DNA from: Aulosira sp. ZfuVER01
GTDB taxonomy: Bacteria > Cyanobacteriota > Cyanobacteriia > Cyanobacteriales > Nostocaceae
Length of the DNA: 64,000 bases
Assembly (NCBI GenBank): GCA_034530615.2
Contig: JAVRCV020000007.1
Coordinates: 106,766-170,765 of the forward strand
Reading direction: 5' to 3'
Shown here piece after piece: positions 61,760 through 64,000 of the stretch (within the stretch, counting starts at the first letter, position 1; every line of letters starts with the position of its first letter). The translations under genes were made by a program, and so were the position numbers. The notes beneath the pieces were generated by a model. That model ran no database searches. It was given only the letters and a program-made list of their open reading frames with translations, and was not told the origin of the DNA.

Positions 61760-63790
61760 ATGGGGTTAGAATTTTCCGGGCGAAATCTCCGAGGACGCAA
61801 CTTCAAAGGACAAGACCTTGCGGGTGCAAACTTTAGCTATGCCGATATTCGAGGGGCAAATTTCACCAATGCTAATTTAACAGACGCAAACTTCAGCCAT
61901 GCCAAAGCGGGACTGCAACGCCGTTGGGCAATTTTTCTAGTTCTGATTTCCTGGTTATTGTCAGGAGTGTCTGAATTTTTATGGGCGGTCAACGGTGCAT
62001 TGGCGGCGTACATATCTTATGACATGACAGACGACCGGATAGTGGGCGGGGTTGCTTTAATCGTATTGATTGTGTTTTGCTTTGTCATAATTCGCCAAGG
62101 AATAGCAGCTGTTTTAGGAACTGTCGCCGTCGCCGTCGTCGTCGTCGGAGCCGTCGCTGTCGCCGCAGCCTTCTCCGTCACCGTCACCTTCTCCGTCGCC
62201 TTAGCCTTTGTCTTCACCGCCGCCGTCGCCATTGTCGCAGCCTTAGTCGGAGCCTTCGCCTTCGCCTTATCCGTCGCCTTATCCGTCGCCGTCGCCGTTG
62301 CCGTCGCCGTCGCCGTCGCCGTTGCCTTAGCCTTAACCGGAGCCGGAGCCGTCATCGGAGCCATCACCTTCGCAATCACCGGAGCCGGATCTGTAGTTAG
62401 TATCTACATCGCTTGGCGAGCAATGAAAGGAGATGAAAAATATCCCTTGATTCGTAATATTGCTATTGCCTTTGCAGCTATAGGAGGTACAAGTTTTCGT
62501 AGTGCTAATTTAACTCAGGCTGATTTCACCAAAGCCACACTCAAAAGTACAGATTTCCGCAACACTATCCTGACTAATACCCGTTGGTATCAAGCCAAAA
62601 TGCTTGACCGCGTTCGCCCTGGCTCAGCTTACCTGCAAAACCCGCAAGTCCGAGAATTGCTAGTTACAGGACAAGGACAAGACAAAAACTTTGACCGTCA
62701 AAACCTGCGAGGTGTCAACTTACAATCGGCAAACTTAGCAGATGCTAGCTTCATCGGTGCTGACCTCAGTGAAGCTAATTTGCAAGATGCGGATTTATCC
62801 AGAGCCAAACTCAAGCAAACCCAACTAGACGCAACCGATTTAACAGGTGCAACTCTCACAGGTGCATTCATTGAAGATTGGGGTATTACAAATACAACTA
62901 AATTGCATGGAGTGAGGTGTGAATATGTCTTCATGCGCTTACCCACCAAAGAAAACCCCGATCCCCTCCGCAAACCTGATAATAAACAAGAAGTATTCAA
63001 AGACGGGGATTTTGGCGACTTTATCAAGCCAATTTTTGACACCCTTGACCTTTACCACAATCAAAGTGTTGACCCCCGCGCCATTGCAATTGCATTCAAA
63101 AAACTGGCAGAAAATCACCCAGAAGCCGAGTTAGAAATTGTCGCAATGGAGAAACGCGGCAACGATCAATTATTACTCAGAGCCAAAACCGCACCAGGGA
63201 GTGATAAATCCCAACTGAGCGCTGAATATTTTGATGACTATAATCAACTCAAAGCTTTATCCCAAAGTCAGCAATTATTACTGATAGAAAAAGATAGTCG
63301 CATTCTGAGTTTAGAAAATATGCTCACAACTGCACTTCAGCAGTCGAAATACTATATACAAGGAGATAACAAAGTGTCCGATATTAGCGGTATCAATATT
63401 CAAGGTAGTACAAATGTTAGCGGTATTGCTGGCGGTGGTTCCGTCGCCAACCTGGGAACGATTAGCGGTAATGTGAGTATTGCCCTCAATCAGTTACCCG
63501 ATTCCCCAGAAGCAGATAAACCCGGAATCAAAGAATTGTTGACGCAATTGCAAGCAGCAATTTCCCAGTCAACAGAGTTATCAGATGACGATAAAGCTGA
63601 GGCGTTGTCACAGGTGCAAAGTTTGGCAGAAGCGGCGCAAAATCCCCAAGAGAATGCGACGAAGAAGACTGCAAAGACTGCAATTACAATGTTGAAGGGA
63701 ATATTTACAGGCTTACCTGCTGTGGCTTCGCTAGTAGAAGCTGGGAATAAATTATTGCCTGTAATTTCTAAGTTCTTCGGTTTGGGATGA
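61760..63790 (+). CDS. Pentapeptide-repeat membrane protein with low-complexity Ala/Val TM block
   Basis: A(N/D)(L/F)xx repeats in three blocks; AVAVAV hydrophobic region; C-terminal helical domain. Confidence 0.9.
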   Translation: MGLEFSGRNLRGRNFKGQDLAGANFSYADIRGANFTNANLTDANFSHAKAGLQRRWAIFLVLISWLLSGVSEFLWAVNGALAAYISYDMTDDRIVGGVALIVLIVFCFVIIRQGIAAVLGTVAVAVVVVGAVAVAAAFSVTVTFSVALAFVFTAAVAIVAALVGAFAFALSVALSVAVAVAVAVAVAVALALTGAGAVIGAITFAITGAGSVVSIYIAWRAMKGDEKYPLIRNIAIAFAAIGGTSFRSANLTQADFTKATLKSTDFRNTILTNTRWYQAKMLDRVRPGSAYLQNPQVRELLVTGQGQDKNFDRQNLRGVNLQSANLADASFIGADLSEANLQDADLSRAKLKQTQLDATDLTGATLTGAFIEDWGITNTTKLHGVRCEYVFMRLPTKENPDPLRKPDNKQEVFKDGDFGDFIKPIFDTLDLYHNQSVDPRAIAIAFKKLAENHPEAELEIVAMEKRGNDQLLLRAKTAPGSDKSQLSAEYFDDYNQLKALSQSQQLLLIEKDSRILSLENMLTTALQQSKYYIQGDNKVSDISGINIQGSTNVSGIAGGGSVANLGTISGNVSIALNQLPDSPEADKPGIKELLTQLQAAISQSTELSDDDKAEALSQVQSLAEAAQNPQENATKKTAKTAITMLKGIFTGLPAVASLVEAGNKLLPVISKFFGLG

Positions 63791-63858
63791 TGTTAAATAG
63801 GTTTCGGTTAAGGGAAAAGCTGCACGTCTACATTCTGCTTCGCTACATTCGCAATGAC

Positions 63859-63955
63859 TAGGACTTACGCACTGAAGCCCGAAACCCCGATCCCCCCTAA
63901 CCCCCCTTGAAAAAGGGGGGAACTAAAATCAAAGTCCCCCTTTTTAACTGTGCGT
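63859..63955. repeat. Degenerate MITE-like end (TAGGACTTACGCA) with a truncated CCCCCT/AGGGGG palindrome
   Basis: TAGGACTTACGCAC...GTGCGT flanking a partial copy of the 60380 element. Confidence 0.5.
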
Positions 63956-64000
63956 TCGCTGATTTTTAACTAGTAATCAGGAATTAAGTCTTGCAGAGTA

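Noticed and set aside
62120..62390. Possible DGR variable region
   Set aside because: No reverse transcriptase or template repeat in the window; the pattern is a degenerate hexamer repeat in mid-gene, not adenine-specific variation.
62017..62400. Alternative-frame ORFs (poly-Arg; poly-AT)
   Set aside because: By-products of the stop-free GTCGCC repeat inside the pentapeptide gene.

Overview
Chromosomal window from a filamentous, probably heterocyst-forming (Nostocales-type) cyanobacterium, judged from abundant HIP1 sites (GCGATCGC), STRR heptamer repeats and Anabaena-like gene order. Core genes: groES-groEL (CIRCE and K-box), ureDABC, csaB, hisA, a coiled-coil pair resembling ZicK/ZacK, sphR-sphS-phoU-crp-porin, cofH, psb27, polA, ddl, tRNA-Arg(UCU), cutA, sir, rsmE and a PPIase-type I secretion ABC pair. 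Accessory or unexplained signals: (1) a GxxExxY nuclease ORF exactly filling the space between two ~41-bp inverted repeats, antisense between ureB and ureC; (2) an islet with a lone 3' half of tRNA-Thr(GGT), an intron-less I-Ssp6803I-like PD-(D/E)xK endonuclease with a hairpin-masked RBS, and tRNA-Arg; (3) two Rpn/DUF4351 genes, each with an internal RBS-ATG at the same offset; (4) a LexA-box promoter and structured ~220-nt leader before the coiled-coil pair; (5) two unannotated small ORFs sharing an R-[RK]-K-P-x-N-N-G-x-P-x-K motif; (6) a candidate double-hairpin ncRNA; (7) a WspR-like receiver fused to a kinase, a BMP lipoprotein-Cache kinase pair, and a ribbon-helix-helix-like tail on sulfite reductase. 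Family assignments are from recognising motifs by eye; no database search or folding program was run.
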